Shown: in pieces, positions 1 to 12,148 of the stretch
Layout: the number at the start of each line of letters is the position of its first letter
Numbering within the stretch: position 1 is the first letter of the stretch
DNA from: Phaeosaccion multiseriatum
Taxonomy: Eukaryota > Protista > Ochrophyta, other classes
Length of the DNA stretch: 64,000 nucleotides
Direction of reading: 5' to 3'
Assembly (NCBI GenBank): GCA_965112735.1
Contig: OZ218951.1
Span: forward strand, 4,588,001 to 4,652,000
Made by a program: the position numbers and the translations under genes
The notes under the pieces: model-generated
Seen by the model: the letters and a program-made list of their open reading frames with translations, nothing else
The model's database searches: none
Told to the model about the DNA's origin: nothing

Positions 1-394
1 GTGCGTGGGGGAGGAGGAGCAGGAGGCCCAACAACCTTCCCCCTTTCCCTCCATTATCTTCCTCTCTCTCTCTTCTCCCTCTTTCTCCATCTCCCTCTCT
101 CCCTCCCTCTCTCTCATTCTTCTCTCCCTTTCTCTCCCTCTCTTATCTCTCTCTCCTTTCGTGTTCTCTCACCTTGCCCGAGCCTCCGTTCCCGTCGTTG
201 TCGACCCCCCCTCTCTCCTCTCTCTCCTCTTTCTCCTCCTCCTCGACCCTACGCTGCTCCTCCTGCTTGGGGCCCAGGCAAGGAAAGCAAGGCAAGCAAG
301 GCAAGCACGAGCAAAGCCAGTGAAGAAGCAAGCAACAAACAAGCAAGGCAGAGACAAGGCAGCTAGCCAGCGGACGGGACGGACACACAGATAC

Positions 395-445
<51 letters not shown>

Positions 446-2040
446 CACGCACGCACGCACACACACACGCACGCACGCACCTCTGCCTCCTGCTCTGCCT
501 TGCGCTCCTCCTCCAGCCGCTGCTGCTCCTTCTTGTCCCTCCTTTCTGTGGCCGCCTTGAGCCACTCAGCAGCCACAGAGAGTGTCTCTTGCACTTGCTT
601 GGCCGACAGCTTTGAGGGGTTCTTGCCCTTGGCCGAGCACCGCTTCTTGAAGGCCTGGGAGGGTGTGACAGTCGGGGAGGGTAAAAGGTTAGTAGCCGTA
701 GACAGGTAGGTAAGTGGGGCAGTTGGGAAGGGGGGGAGGTAGGGAGATGGGTAGGGTAGTAGGTTGGCGTGAGGGGACGGCCCTGTGTGGGAGGCAACAC
801 GCGGTAACTCTCTCTTTCTCTTCCTCTCTCTTTAACTACATTGCCCACAACCCCCCCCCCCCTTCTCACCTTGACACCTGCCTCGGACCAGCAAGAGGGG
901 TCCTCTCCCTCCTCGGCCTGGTAGTTGAAGGGCTTGACGGAGTCCACCGACACCGATTCGTACAAGTCCCTCACTTTGTCGCCCCTGTGAGTCGACAAGT
1001 GTCCATACGAATGAATCAATTAATGAAGGATTTGAATGAGTATGTGAATGGTGGGGTACCGTTGTCTTCAAAAGGAAGAGCCAGAGCTGGTCTTCATCAC
1101 ACAGTCGGGGGTGGGAGAGAGGGAAGGAGGGGGCTGGACTGACAGGATGCCCGTCGCGCAATGGGTGAGTGCGTGCGTGCGGTCTACACGGAAACTTGGC
1201 AACTTACACTTTGGCTCTGTAGGGGATGTACTTCCAGTAGCCTTTGCCCTCCTCGGGCTCTTCCTCCTGCAGGAAGAGAAGCTCCGTCCCCCATATTCTC
1301 CTGTATAGAGCGGGCACACACACATACACACACACACACACACACAATGTGGTACATCAGGGGGGGGGCAGGGGAGAGATGCTTGGGTGTGATGCATGGA
1401 CACAGAGGGACAAGCAGGGTGGTGTGATAGGATGAGTAACGTCGATTCAAGTCCACAGCGTTCGGGTCGAGATGGGTGAGGAGGCCTCCGCGTCTCCTTG
1501 GTTTCCGCGCCCCTTCCCATGCCCCTTCCTGGCCCTTCCTCCTCCGTCTCTACACCCTTCCTCTCCTCGTCCTTCCTCTTCCGGTCCTTGTTCCCGACGC
1601 CTGTTTCCCTCCCCCAAGCCCCACCCCACCCCTTTCCCGCTTCGTGCAGCCCTTTACAGAGAGACAGGAAGAGATGCCAAGCGAACAAATCCAAGAAAAA
1701 GCTCACAAGGCTCCCTCCCTCTCTCTCTCACCCACTCACTCACCTTGCCGGGTATGCCTCCAGCCACCCAAAGTCTTCTGGCTGCGCCTTGTGCACCCAC
1801 TGATCTCCCTTGCTCAGCCTCTCCCAGTCTTCCCGATACTCTTTGGCGAGCGCTTTCTTGCGCTTCTCCTTGTCAGAGACCTGCTTGCTCGCTCCTGCTC
1901 CTCCCCTTCCTGCTCCTGCTCCTGCTGCCAAGTTGCCTCCATCCCACTCTCCCTCGTCTTCGTCGTCCTTTCCGTCATCTACCCGAGGCCTTTTCTTCTC
2001 ATTCTTCAGTCCTGTCCCCGTCTCCAGCATCCGATCGAAG

Positions 2041-2074
<34 letters not shown>

Positions 2075-2444
2075 CCTCCTCCTCCTCCTCCTCCTTCAGC
2101 CCTCCTCCTGCTCCTCCTGCTCCTTCTGCTCCTCCTCCCTTCCCCTCCTTTCCAGGCTTTTGGGGGATGTCTTCCTTCTCTCCTTCCTTCTTCTGCTTCT
2201 TCTTCGTCTCCATTCCAGTTCCCATGCTAAGCATCCGATCGAAGTCGTCGTCTGTGTCATCATCATCTTCCTCCTCCTTCTTTGGTCCCTTTACTGTCAG
2301 TCCCGTCCCCGTTTCCAGCATGCGAGCGAAGTCATCATCCTCCTCCTCCTCCACCACCACTTTCCCGCCTCCATCCTCCTTCGCCTTGGACTCCTCGTCT
2401 CCCTCCGCTTTCTTCGGCTTCGTTAATTTCAATTCCGTCCCCAT
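1..2444 (-). CDS. Multi-exon acidic/basic protein with a PWWP/Tudor-like segment; 3' end runs off the window
   Basis: ATG at 2444. GT-AG exons 2444-1744, 1300-1208, 984-870, 654-481 and ~266-173 join in frame. Spliced segment KGDQWVHKAQPEDFGWLEAYPARRIWG...YWKYIPY...YESVSVDSVKPFNY follows the PWWP pattern (GD.VW...W.WPARI...V....LKPF), followed by a coiled coil. Confidence 0.55.
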
Positions 2445-2719
2445 GGTCAAGCTCTTCCTCCTCTCCTCTACCTTCTCTCCTTCCCGCCTTTCAATTTCTC
2501 CCCCTCGCACCTGAAAGCGGGACCACCGCTAGCAATATATACGGCCCTTCCTCTTCCCTGTTGCACCTGAAATTCCCTTCCTCAGAGCCTCAAAGGTGGA
2601 AAGTGATGGTGCCGTGATCCCGTGGTTGAGTTTGAAAAGAATCCCATGGGGTGCCATCTGATGGCTTTCTGTTTTTGAAACTGTAAGATTTGTAAGGGGA
2701 CGAAAAGCTTAAAGGGGGC

Positions 2720-3271
2720 ATGGAGGAGGGGGAGGCACATCAGCAGCAGCAGCACAGCCCGAGGGTGGCGAAAGAACGAGCAGGTCTTATCCACCCTCAC
2801 ACCCTTGGGGGGCTGACTTGCGCCACGACCACTGCGGGGGGGGTGGGGCTGGTGTACATGGTATCCGCTGCCCCCAAGGCTGTGCCGTACACATACCTGG
2901 TCATCCAAAGCGCCATGCTCAGCTACCGGTTCCTCAGCTACTACCGCAGCCGCTGGCATCACTTCTGCCTGGACCTTTGCTACTTTGTGAATCTTCTCCT
3001 CATGGTGTACATCGTCGCGGCACCGGGGAGCCAAGCCTTGTTCGTCACCGTGTTTGCGCTGAGTGCCATTGCCATGTTGGGAGGCGTCGTCTTTAACAAT
3101 AGGTGTGGGTCGATGTGCCAGAGTATAGTCTTTCCCTGCCTCACTCTCTTATATTGTACTACACTCCTTCGGGGGAGGCCCTCAGTCTAAGCCATGCATG
3201 TGGGAGGACCACCAGACCTCACCCTTACTCACTCTTTCCCCTTTCTCGCTCTGCTCCCCCTCCCCCTCTCT

Positions 3272-3306
<35 letters not shown>

Positions 3307-3985
3307 TGCCTCGGTCCTACGTTCCACCACACATATCCCCTCCCCCCCTTCCCCTTCCTTCTGACCTACCCCACACACAACCTCCTCTCCGCGGCTCGCT
3401 CGCCAGTCTTGCCTTTCACGACGTGCAGAAGGTCATATCCTGCTCCCTGCACATCCTCCCCATGCTGGTGTGTCACACACTGCGCTGGAAGCCCGCGCTT
3501 CGGAGGTTCAGGAAGTGCTCAGATGCCGAGACGTGCGAGGTGAGTGAGTGAGCGAGCGAGTTAGTGAACCCGTAATTGTGGCAGCCCAACCCTTCCCTCT
3601 CTCCAGAGTGAGTGCCTACCCTACCGGTTCCCTCTCTCGAGTGGGTGCCAACCCACGCACCCACCCACGCACCCACCCACGCTCCCACCCACGCTCCCAC
3701 CCACGCTCCCACCCACGCTCCCACCCACGCTCCCACCCACGCACCCACCCACCCACGTAGGGGTACAATTCTTTCCTGCTGCACTGGGTCGCTCCCGTGG
3801 GGGTTTGGATAGTCCATGCCATCCTCTACCACGCGTATGTGAACATGTACCCCCATCACAAGCTACGGGCACAGGAAGGCTACACCAACTCCTTCCTCTT
3901 CCTCCGATCCTATTGGGGGCGACACACGCGGCCACATAAAGTGAGGCCACTTCCTGACACCCAGCAGCATGCGGGGTATACGTGC

Positions 3986-4019
<34 letters not shown>

Positions 4020-4645
4020 GCAGCAATCATCAGGGGGCGGGGGGCAGGGGGTGGGGTGGGCAGAGACAGACGATGACAACCACAGCACCCAATCTTCCGA
4101 CCCAGGAGGAGATATGGCAGGGACGGCAGGGAGAGAGGGTTGTTGTTGTTGACCTTGTTGAGAGCCCTCCACTTTCTTCAAGAGGGGGAGGGGCGGGCCC
4201 TACTGCTACTCCCACCAAGGCAGTTACAGAAGGGGAGGTGGAGCAAGGGGCAGCACAACCACCACCAGCAGCAGCAGCAGCGGTGGCAGAAGCACCAGTA
4301 GCAGCACCAGGCGGCAAGCAGCAAGGAGGGGACGCAGTTGGTGGTACAGCAGTAGCAGGTGCTGCAGGCGGAGGGGCACCATCATCATCACCCAACTCAC
4401 GCGACTCGGCCGCTTCTTCTTCGCCACAGTCGCTGTCCTATCGACTGCTGACCTGCTTCGGGGAAGGGAGGGCCTTGAGTGCCTACAACCTGCTGAATTT
4501 GGCATTTGCCCTCCTGTGTATCACGGCTGCCTACCTCCTGTTCTACTCCCAAACGCTGCACTTGCTGAGCATCACGCTCTCTACGGCGTGCTTCTCTTTC
4601 AACGCGGGAAAGTTCTACACACGCAAGTTGGCATTGGTTCGATAG
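2720..4645 (+). CDS. GPC1: Glycerophosphocholine acyltransferase-like membrane protein (DUF2838/GPC1 family)
   Basis: Exons 2720-3102, 3407-3539, 3761-4645. Motifs RFLSYYRSRWHHFCLDLCYFVNLL and NNSLAFHDVQKVISCSLHILPMLVCHTLRW match the DUF2838 consensus; several TM helices. Confidence 0.8.
3650..3757. repeat. Intronic 12-bp minisatellite (CCCACGCWCCCA)n, about 9 units
   Basis: Read directly; ends next to the intron 3' AG at 3759-3760. Confidence 0.9.
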
Positions 4646-4691
4646 GTAGCTACCGATTTGCTCATATCTGGATGCTCGATTGATCGTAGAT

Positions 4692-4960
4692 TCGGCCCAG
4701 TTTACAAATTGGAAACAGGAAAACAGGCATCTCTTCGTAGAGGTCATTTTCGGTTCAGCACGTCGACTTTCGTCTCGATTTTCGTCTATCGAAGATCGAC
4801 TTTCACTGAAAGTCGACCTCGACATCAGCTGGAGCCCCCCAAACCGGCCAGAAACAGGAAACAGGCCGGCTGGCCGAAACAGGAAACAGGCTGGTGGGAA
4901 GAAGGAGACGAGTCGAAAAGAGGGAAACAGGGGCGGAAAAAAAATACTGTCACGGCTCGA
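4692..4960. mobile_element. Degenerate member of the TCGGCCC-TIR element family (GAAACAG doublets)
   Basis: Starts TCGGCCC; right end reverse-complements to TCGAGCCGTGACA. Contains GAAACAGGAAACAG-GCCGGCTGG units. 4808-4828 matches 40544-40564 at 19/21. No clear TSD. Confidence 0.5.
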
Positions 4961-5380
4961 TTGCGGTGATGGGTTACAGCGGCGAGGGCCCTCACGGACT
5001 TTTGTACCTGCCTGACGTTCTGACCACCTGTGATGGCATCATCATCATCATGAAGATGAGCATCCTGCCAGCCAAGGAAAAGAGAGAGAGGGGGGGGGGG
5101 GGGGAAATGAAAAAATGGAGGAAACTACAGTAAGTCAGGCAAAAAATATGAAACTGCTTCGAACGCTGTTTCGAAGCCACAACGACAAATCAAACGCCCT
5201 TCCACTTTTTTTCCAATTTTCACATCGGCGTTATTCCAAAGAGGGAGAGGGGGGGGGAGGTTGGATGGTATGATAAAGTTCCCGACGACTTCTCTGCTTC
5301 TACTCCACGCGGTGGTCTATATTGGCTCTTCGTGGTTGGAAGACGGGAGAAAACGTTTCCCACGACCCTGGCCTGGCCCG

Positions 5381-8300
5381 CATGATGGTCTTGAGCCTGT
5401 CTCCCTCTCGCGATGGCCGACGAAAGCAGCAGCACCAGCAACAGCAGCACCAGCAGTCCTACTGGGAGGAGCACAGAGAGGAAGACGGGGTGGGGAGGCA
5501 GCCACCGCCGGCGATGTGCGCGGCAACGCGACCTGATTCCTTCTTGCTTGACAGTCCCATGTTGGAGGAGAGCAGCAGGAGCATGAGGAATAGCAGCTGC
5601 AGTAGCAGTGGCAGTATAAGTATCGGAAAGAGCAGCTGCAGTCGAACGAGGTTCCTGAGGAAGAGTCCCGGTGCGGCACCGCAACAACAGCGCGAGGTGA
5701 CCGACGCCGGGGAGGCGGGGTCGGCCGCCGAGCACCACGGCAGCAGGAGGTGCAGAGGCATTGCGATCGCTGCTTGTAGCAGCAGGTCTCACAGGTCTGG
5801 CAGCAGCAGCAGCAGCAGTGGTACCAGCAGCAGCAGCAGCTGTAGCAGTAGCCCCACTGACCTCCCGTACGATAGGATGAGGGCTCTGACGATGCCGGCC
5901 CCTTCTTCCTCTACCGCTTCTGCGGCGGCGGCGGCGGCAGCGGCGGCGGTTGCTGCCTCATCAAAAACTAGAGGGGGCTCCAAGTCGCCTACATGCTCCC
6001 CCTCCTCCTCCGCGGTGCCTTCCATCTGGCCGAGCACCACAGCAGACGCGGCTGAGGCCCCAGTTGGTGATACAGAAGGCGGAGGGAGGGGGGAGGGAAG
6101 TCAGAGAGTGCGTACAGTCACCTCAGATGCCGCAGCTGCCTCTAACGGTGGCAGCGGCGGCGGGAGTTGTAGTGCGGCGACCGTGGTCCTGAATAGCAGC
6201 AGCAGCAGTAGCAGCAGTAGTAGCAGTTGCTGCAGCACTAGCACTAGACGGCGAGGGAGAGAGAGAGAGGTTTTTTTATCAGGGCACGCCATGGCATCGG
6301 AGGCAACAGCAGTAGGCGAGGCATCCTCGGTAGCGGCAGCAGCTGCAGCAGGAGGAGGCGGAGGAGGTGTGAAGGGGGCGAGTGAGGTGAATGTGTGGGG
6401 CGCCAAAAGTGGCGAGCACGATGCGGATTCTGTTTGGGGGCCAACCCCCACCTCTTCAACTACGACTTTGGTACCCGATTACCACCATCACCAGCGTCCT
6501 CGCCATCACCACCACCATCATCATCATCAGCAGCACCAGCACCAGCACCAGCAGCAGGAGCAACAGCAGCAGCAGCAACAGCAGCAAGAATCACTCTCGC
6601 CGCGCCATGACCAGCAGCGCCTGCACCACCGCCCACTCTTGTCTTCCACCCATGGGCCCCCCTCCAAGCACCAGCGGGCAGTGAGTCTTCAGTCGAATCC
6701 CTGCCCATTCGAACCCAGTCTCGTAGACGGACAACAACCACCACCACAACAAACACAACCACAACCACAGCAGCAGCAGCGGATACTGCCGCCCCCGCCC
6801 TCGAGAACAGCGGGCTCGAAATCCAGGCAATTGCTGTCCAAGTCTGGCCAGCACCAGCAACATCAACAACAACAACAGGAGGATCATCATCAGCAGCAGC
6901 AACAGCAGCAGCAACAACAACAACAACAACAACAACAACAGCACTTTCAGCACTTTCAGCACTTTCAACAACCACCACAGCACCCCCAGCAGCAGTTACA
7001 GAAGGAACAGCAGCGCATGAGGCGCATGACGAGAGCAGACCGAATGCTCTCCGAGTCCAGCGTCCCTCCGCCTGCTGTGTACAGGGGTATCGCCAATGGG
7101 GATAAGGTGTTGCAGGGGGTATGTCTGGACCGACGCTCTTGGCTGGAGGTGAGGGACACGAGGCATCGATACGGCAAGAACCTCCGCAGGTAAGTTGGGT
7201 TGGTTGGGTTGGGTGGGTGGGTGGGTGTTTGGGTGACCGGTTAGGCGGTTGGTTGGGTGGTTGGTTGGTTGGTTGGTTGGATGGGTGGGTGGGTGGGTGG
7301 GTGGGTGGGGTGAGTGGTTGGGTGGTTGGTTGGTTGCCTAGGTTAAAGAGGGGAGGAAGAGGGAGGGAAGGCGCGGGGGGGGGGGGGGAAGGAGGTAGGG
7401 GAAAAGGGGCAGTGCATGGAGGCAGTGGGGGAAAGATGACAAGGGATAATGGGGGGGTTAGTTTGAGGTGGCAGAGAGAGCCTTTCGGAGAGTCCAGCCA
7501 GCTCGACTTGACGGGGCATGGCAGTGGAGGGATGGTGCTCGCGTCATGCCTGTGGAAGGAGAGGCTCCTATGGCGTGAGGGAAGGAGTGGAGTGGAGAAA
7601 GGAAGAGAAAAGAAAGTGCCGTTCCTCTTTGTCGACTTGAGCCCCATTGGCTAGTAAAGTAGCCCCTCCCTCCTTTTTAACTTCTGTAACCGCCTTGCTG
7701 TCTTACCAATGCCCCCCGTCACATCCCCCCCCCCCCCCCCTCCCCAATTTCACCCCCACTCACCCCCGATGTCAGGTATTACAAGGCTTGGGACGCTGCG
7801 GGGCGGCAGGGGAACGGCTTCTTTTCTTGGCTGCTCACCACTCCGCTGGAGCTCGACAGCTGCAGCAGAGCACAACTCGAGAGTGACACAGTCACGTACC
7901 TCACCACGGCGGAGGAGAGAGAAGAGTACCAGGTCAGTTAGTGGGATACATTTCTTTCTCTATGTGTCCTGACTCTGTCTCTTTCTCTCTCTGTTGTCTA
8001 CATGTCTCTCCCCTCCCCTCTCTTGTCTCCCTTTCTCTATCTGTATGTGTGTGCGTATCCCTCTCTTCTGTCCGCTCACGCCCCCGTGTCAACTCTGCCC
8101 CTCCTCCATCGGCCACCCCACACACACACACTTCCCCTTAACCGCCACCCGCCCCCCCCCCTCTCTCTACCCTTCCACCCCCCCCCCTTTAGGTGGTGAT
8201 CGATGGAAACCGTATGGTTCGGTTGAGTGGCGAGCCAGTCAACACGGGCGAAGGGGGATGGATCTTTGTCCTCAGAGAAGGGGTGCTTTTCGCCACAACA

Positions 8301-9344
8301 AAGAAGACGACGCCTCCGCGCTTTCACCACTCCAGCTTCTTTGGTGGAGAGTACGTGGAGGCGGCTGGACTCATTGTTGTCGACGACGGCATCCTGCAAT
8401 GCGTATACCCACACAGTGGGCACTACCGTCCGACGGACTCGCAGACGTCCTGCATTTTGACGTGGTTATTGGAGTGTGGCATTAGCTTGGACAATGTTAA
8501 AGCCGATGCCCAGCGCACTTACAAGGTGTGTCGAGCGATCAACCCGGCGGGAACGGGCAAGATGAAGAAGATCGACTCGCCGTTCCTTGTGGACGCAAGG
8601 TTTCTCTACGACTTTTTGAATCAAAAGTTTGCGTGTTGCACCAACGGGCTCTGGAGAGAGATGAGCGTGACCGCTGCGGAGTTTCGGAGGAGGAGAGTGA
8701 GGAAGAAGGAGGCGCGGAGATTGGAGCAGCAGCAGGAGCGGCGAAGGATCGCTCAGGAGCTGCAGGATGCTTGCGGGGAGTGCATCTCTGCTGGTGCTGG
8801 TGCTGGAGCTGGTGCTGGGGGAGGGAGAGAGGAGGGAGCCGTTGAGCAGGGTGAAGGAGGAGGTGGTGCGGGGAGGTTGGAGGACGAGGGGGAGGAGGAG
8901 GAGGAGGAGGTGGAGGAGGAGGGGGAGGTGAAAGGAGGATGGGAGAGGGACGACGACAACGTGGGAGGCGAGGGGGCCCGCGGAGAGGAGGACGGAGAGG
9001 AGGGAGAGGACGACGATGACTTCCAGCTCCGGGCAGTGGAGGAGGAGAGGATAAGGGTTCGACATGGCGCTCTCCCGCCTGATATGTGCATGAATCTGAG
9101 AGAGGGAGCAAGCGGTGGCGGTGGAGGCGACGGCTCCTCATCGGGAAGAATCACCATCACTGGAGGGGGGGTGTGCCATCGGTGTCGACCAGGCAAGTGC
9201 CTCCGCCATCCGGGAGGGAAGAGTGAGACGGAAGAGTCTGAGACTGAATCGGAGTCTCCGGGTAGTGATGGTGGCGGTGGCAACCGAACGGCAACGGGCA
9301 GGAGGGAGGAGGGGGGGGTGGGGGTGGGGGAGAGGGTGGCTTGA
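5381..9344 (+). CDS. IQM-family (IQ-motif/calmodulin-binding-like) protein with a long low-complexity N-terminus
   Basis: Exons ~5381-7189, 7776-7932, 8193-9344 (start uncertain). IQM signatures WLEVRDTRHRYGKNLRRYYKAW, FFSWL, GWIFVL, RFHHSSFFGG...AAG, VYPHSGHYRP. Confidence 0.85.
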
Positions 9345-10435
9345 GTGAAGTGGAGTGGAGGAAAGGGGCATGGGTGGCGCGGGTGGCGTCCCCGGCTTGG
9401 CGTGTGGTGCCCTTGGTTGGTTGACCATTGCTGACTATGAATGGTGAAGGACGAACGAACGACCGAACTAGGGAGGGGGGGAGAGGGAGGAAAGGGATAT
9501 ATTCGAAGGACGGGAGGGGATGGCAGCGACGAGGACGAGAGTGAGCGATATATATCGCACCCGCGGGGACGGACGCCACTCCTTGTGAGGGATCTAAGGA
9601 GGGGGGGGCGGGTGTTTGACTGTGGTGCGGGCTGCGTTTGGCCGACCGGTCGTTCGGACGGTCTGTTGCGGAATACAGTGTACAGCGCACGCCGCAGCCG
9701 CGGCCCGGGGTGTGGTGCGTGTACAAGAGACAGCCATGCGGCGCGCAGACCGCCCCCCCTCTCTCTCTCTCGCGCGCGCACAACTGCGTTCAGAGAGGCG
9801 GAGGAGGTGTGAGGGGTGAGGGGTTTGCAGCAGCAGCAGCAGTTGGTGATACAAGCAGGAGAAGTAATTGGTGATACAAGCAGCAGCATGGGGTTTGGTT
9901 GGGGCCGATGGAGAGGACCTACGACACGGATTTGGTACGAATACAGTTCAGTGCCTGTGAATAGTCCATTTGTACAGTGGGGTGAAGGGGTGAAGTGGGG
10001 AGAGTGAGAGAGAACAAACGGAGGAGGACTTCGTTAATAAAAATTAAGTGCACCCCCGAAGAAGGGGAGCACAGCAGCAGCGTATATATATCATTAATTA
10101 ACACACCACAATATTAATAGGATTCAATCAAAAATTGATTTTTTTGGACGAACTCCGCAAAATGACGCTGGGAGAAGCGCTAATAGCTCTTCGTGTAGCT
10201 CTTTGAGATGCCTACCGACACATAGTCTTTCGGCTTTCATCGCTTTTTCTCTTCCCTACTTGTCAGCATTTCTACAAGAGCACTCCCTCCCCGTTGCCGC
10301 CCGACCTCTAAAAAAAACGGGCGATTTGGGCGATTCTTACGCAAATCGAGTGTTAAAAAAAGATTGCTAGCAAACCGTCTTCTATTGAAATGTTCTATTA
10401 CTAAGTTGTTTACGAAGATTATACACAAGTCTTGA

Positions 10436-10957
10436 TTACCGCAGCAGCACCTTTGCGGTTGTGCATAGAATCAAGACGCCCGTCACATCCGTCAGCGTCG
10501 CCAGAGCTGTACATAGACACCATCAACACCACCACCAGCCGCAGCAACAGCAAAGCAACAGCATGAGGGGAGGGAAACACATAGTTTTGTCACACACGTG
10601 GGCAGCAGACGAAGAGGGGGAGGGGGGGGGGGGTGATGGCAGTGGATGTGTGAGGAAAAAGACGGGCTGATTGACTTACAAAGACTGAAACTGAAACTGC
10701 GTTCGTCCGTCCCTCCTTACGTACGCTTACCTGGGCTGGCGAAGTTGACAGGGTCCATTCCCCACCTGTCAAGTACGATCGGAGTGATTGTACCGAATAG
10801 GATCTGCACGGCGGGGGGGGGGGGGGGAGAAGGAAGTGCGCAAACGGAGGCGAGCCAGGAAGAGGGCGGGACTGGTTGGTTGATCGGTGGCGTGTGATCG
10901 AGCAGTGAGGAGATGGCAGTAGGTGGGGAAGGGAAGGGCGGTAGGGGGGAAGGGAAG

Positions 10958-11026
<69 letters not shown>

Positions 11027-11366
11027 GGTGTCACACTCACCGCCCCAATAACTGTGAGTCCCATAGCCACCGACACGGCAATGGAGGCCGAAAGAGTGCT
11101 CCCGGGAGTGAGCAGCACACGCGCAAAGGAAGCTAGGGACAGGATGAGCGACGCCGCGAAGGCAGCCTATGGGTGTGGGTGGGAAGGCAGTTGATGGGGG
11201 GGGGGAGGGAGGAGGAGGAGGAGAGTAGAGACATATGGGGAGGGAAGCGGGAGGAGCGTCAGAGGTGTATCGGGGAGGAGGGCCGCAGTGGAAGAGGGGT
11301 TTGGAGGCAGACAGACAGACAGAGAGAGCGAGCAAGAGAGAGAGAGAGCGCGAGAGAGAGGGAGAC

Positions 11367-11421
<55 letters not shown>

Positions 11422-12111
11422 CCCAGGGAGGAAAGAGTCGCTCTGGTGGGACCGCCTTTCACCTTCCTGATATGGCCGTCCGTGGCCTTCCAGTCCATCC
11501 TGGACTATTAACAAGACTCGCATCTCTTCTGTCCTCATCCCTCACCTTCGCCTCCCTCCTGACGCACTTCCCTGCATTCTTCTTTGTAATCTCCCCCGTA
11601 GCGATGCCCCGAATGACCATGGCACTGCTCTGATTGCCTGCATTGCCGGCGGTACCTGTGAGCATGGTGAGGAAGAGCGCAATGACGATGTTGCGCTCAA
11701 TGACGGACTGGAAAGCCGTCAGTATCACCTTTTGCGGGAGGAAGGAAGGAAGCAAGGAAGGAAGGAAGGGAGGAAGGAAGAAGGGGGGCGGGGAGCGGCG
11801 AGCGGTGAGCGCTGAAGAGGGAGCCAACCTCACGATGTCCGCACCTAAAATACCCCTCATCTCTCTCATCTCGTCTCGTCTCTCTCTCACACACACACAG
11901 CGCTTTCCCTCCTTTCATCTTCGTTCTTTCAATAACAAGAAGCAGCACAATACAAGGACGAGAAATAAGAACTCCCCACCTCCAACTCCATGCACCCACG
12001 CACCCACACACCCGCCCACACCCACTCACACCCACCTACCCACCCACCCACCCAGCCCACCCACTCATCCACACTCACACACACACGCGCGCGCACACAC
12101 ACACACTCACA

Positions 12112-12148
<37 letters not shown>

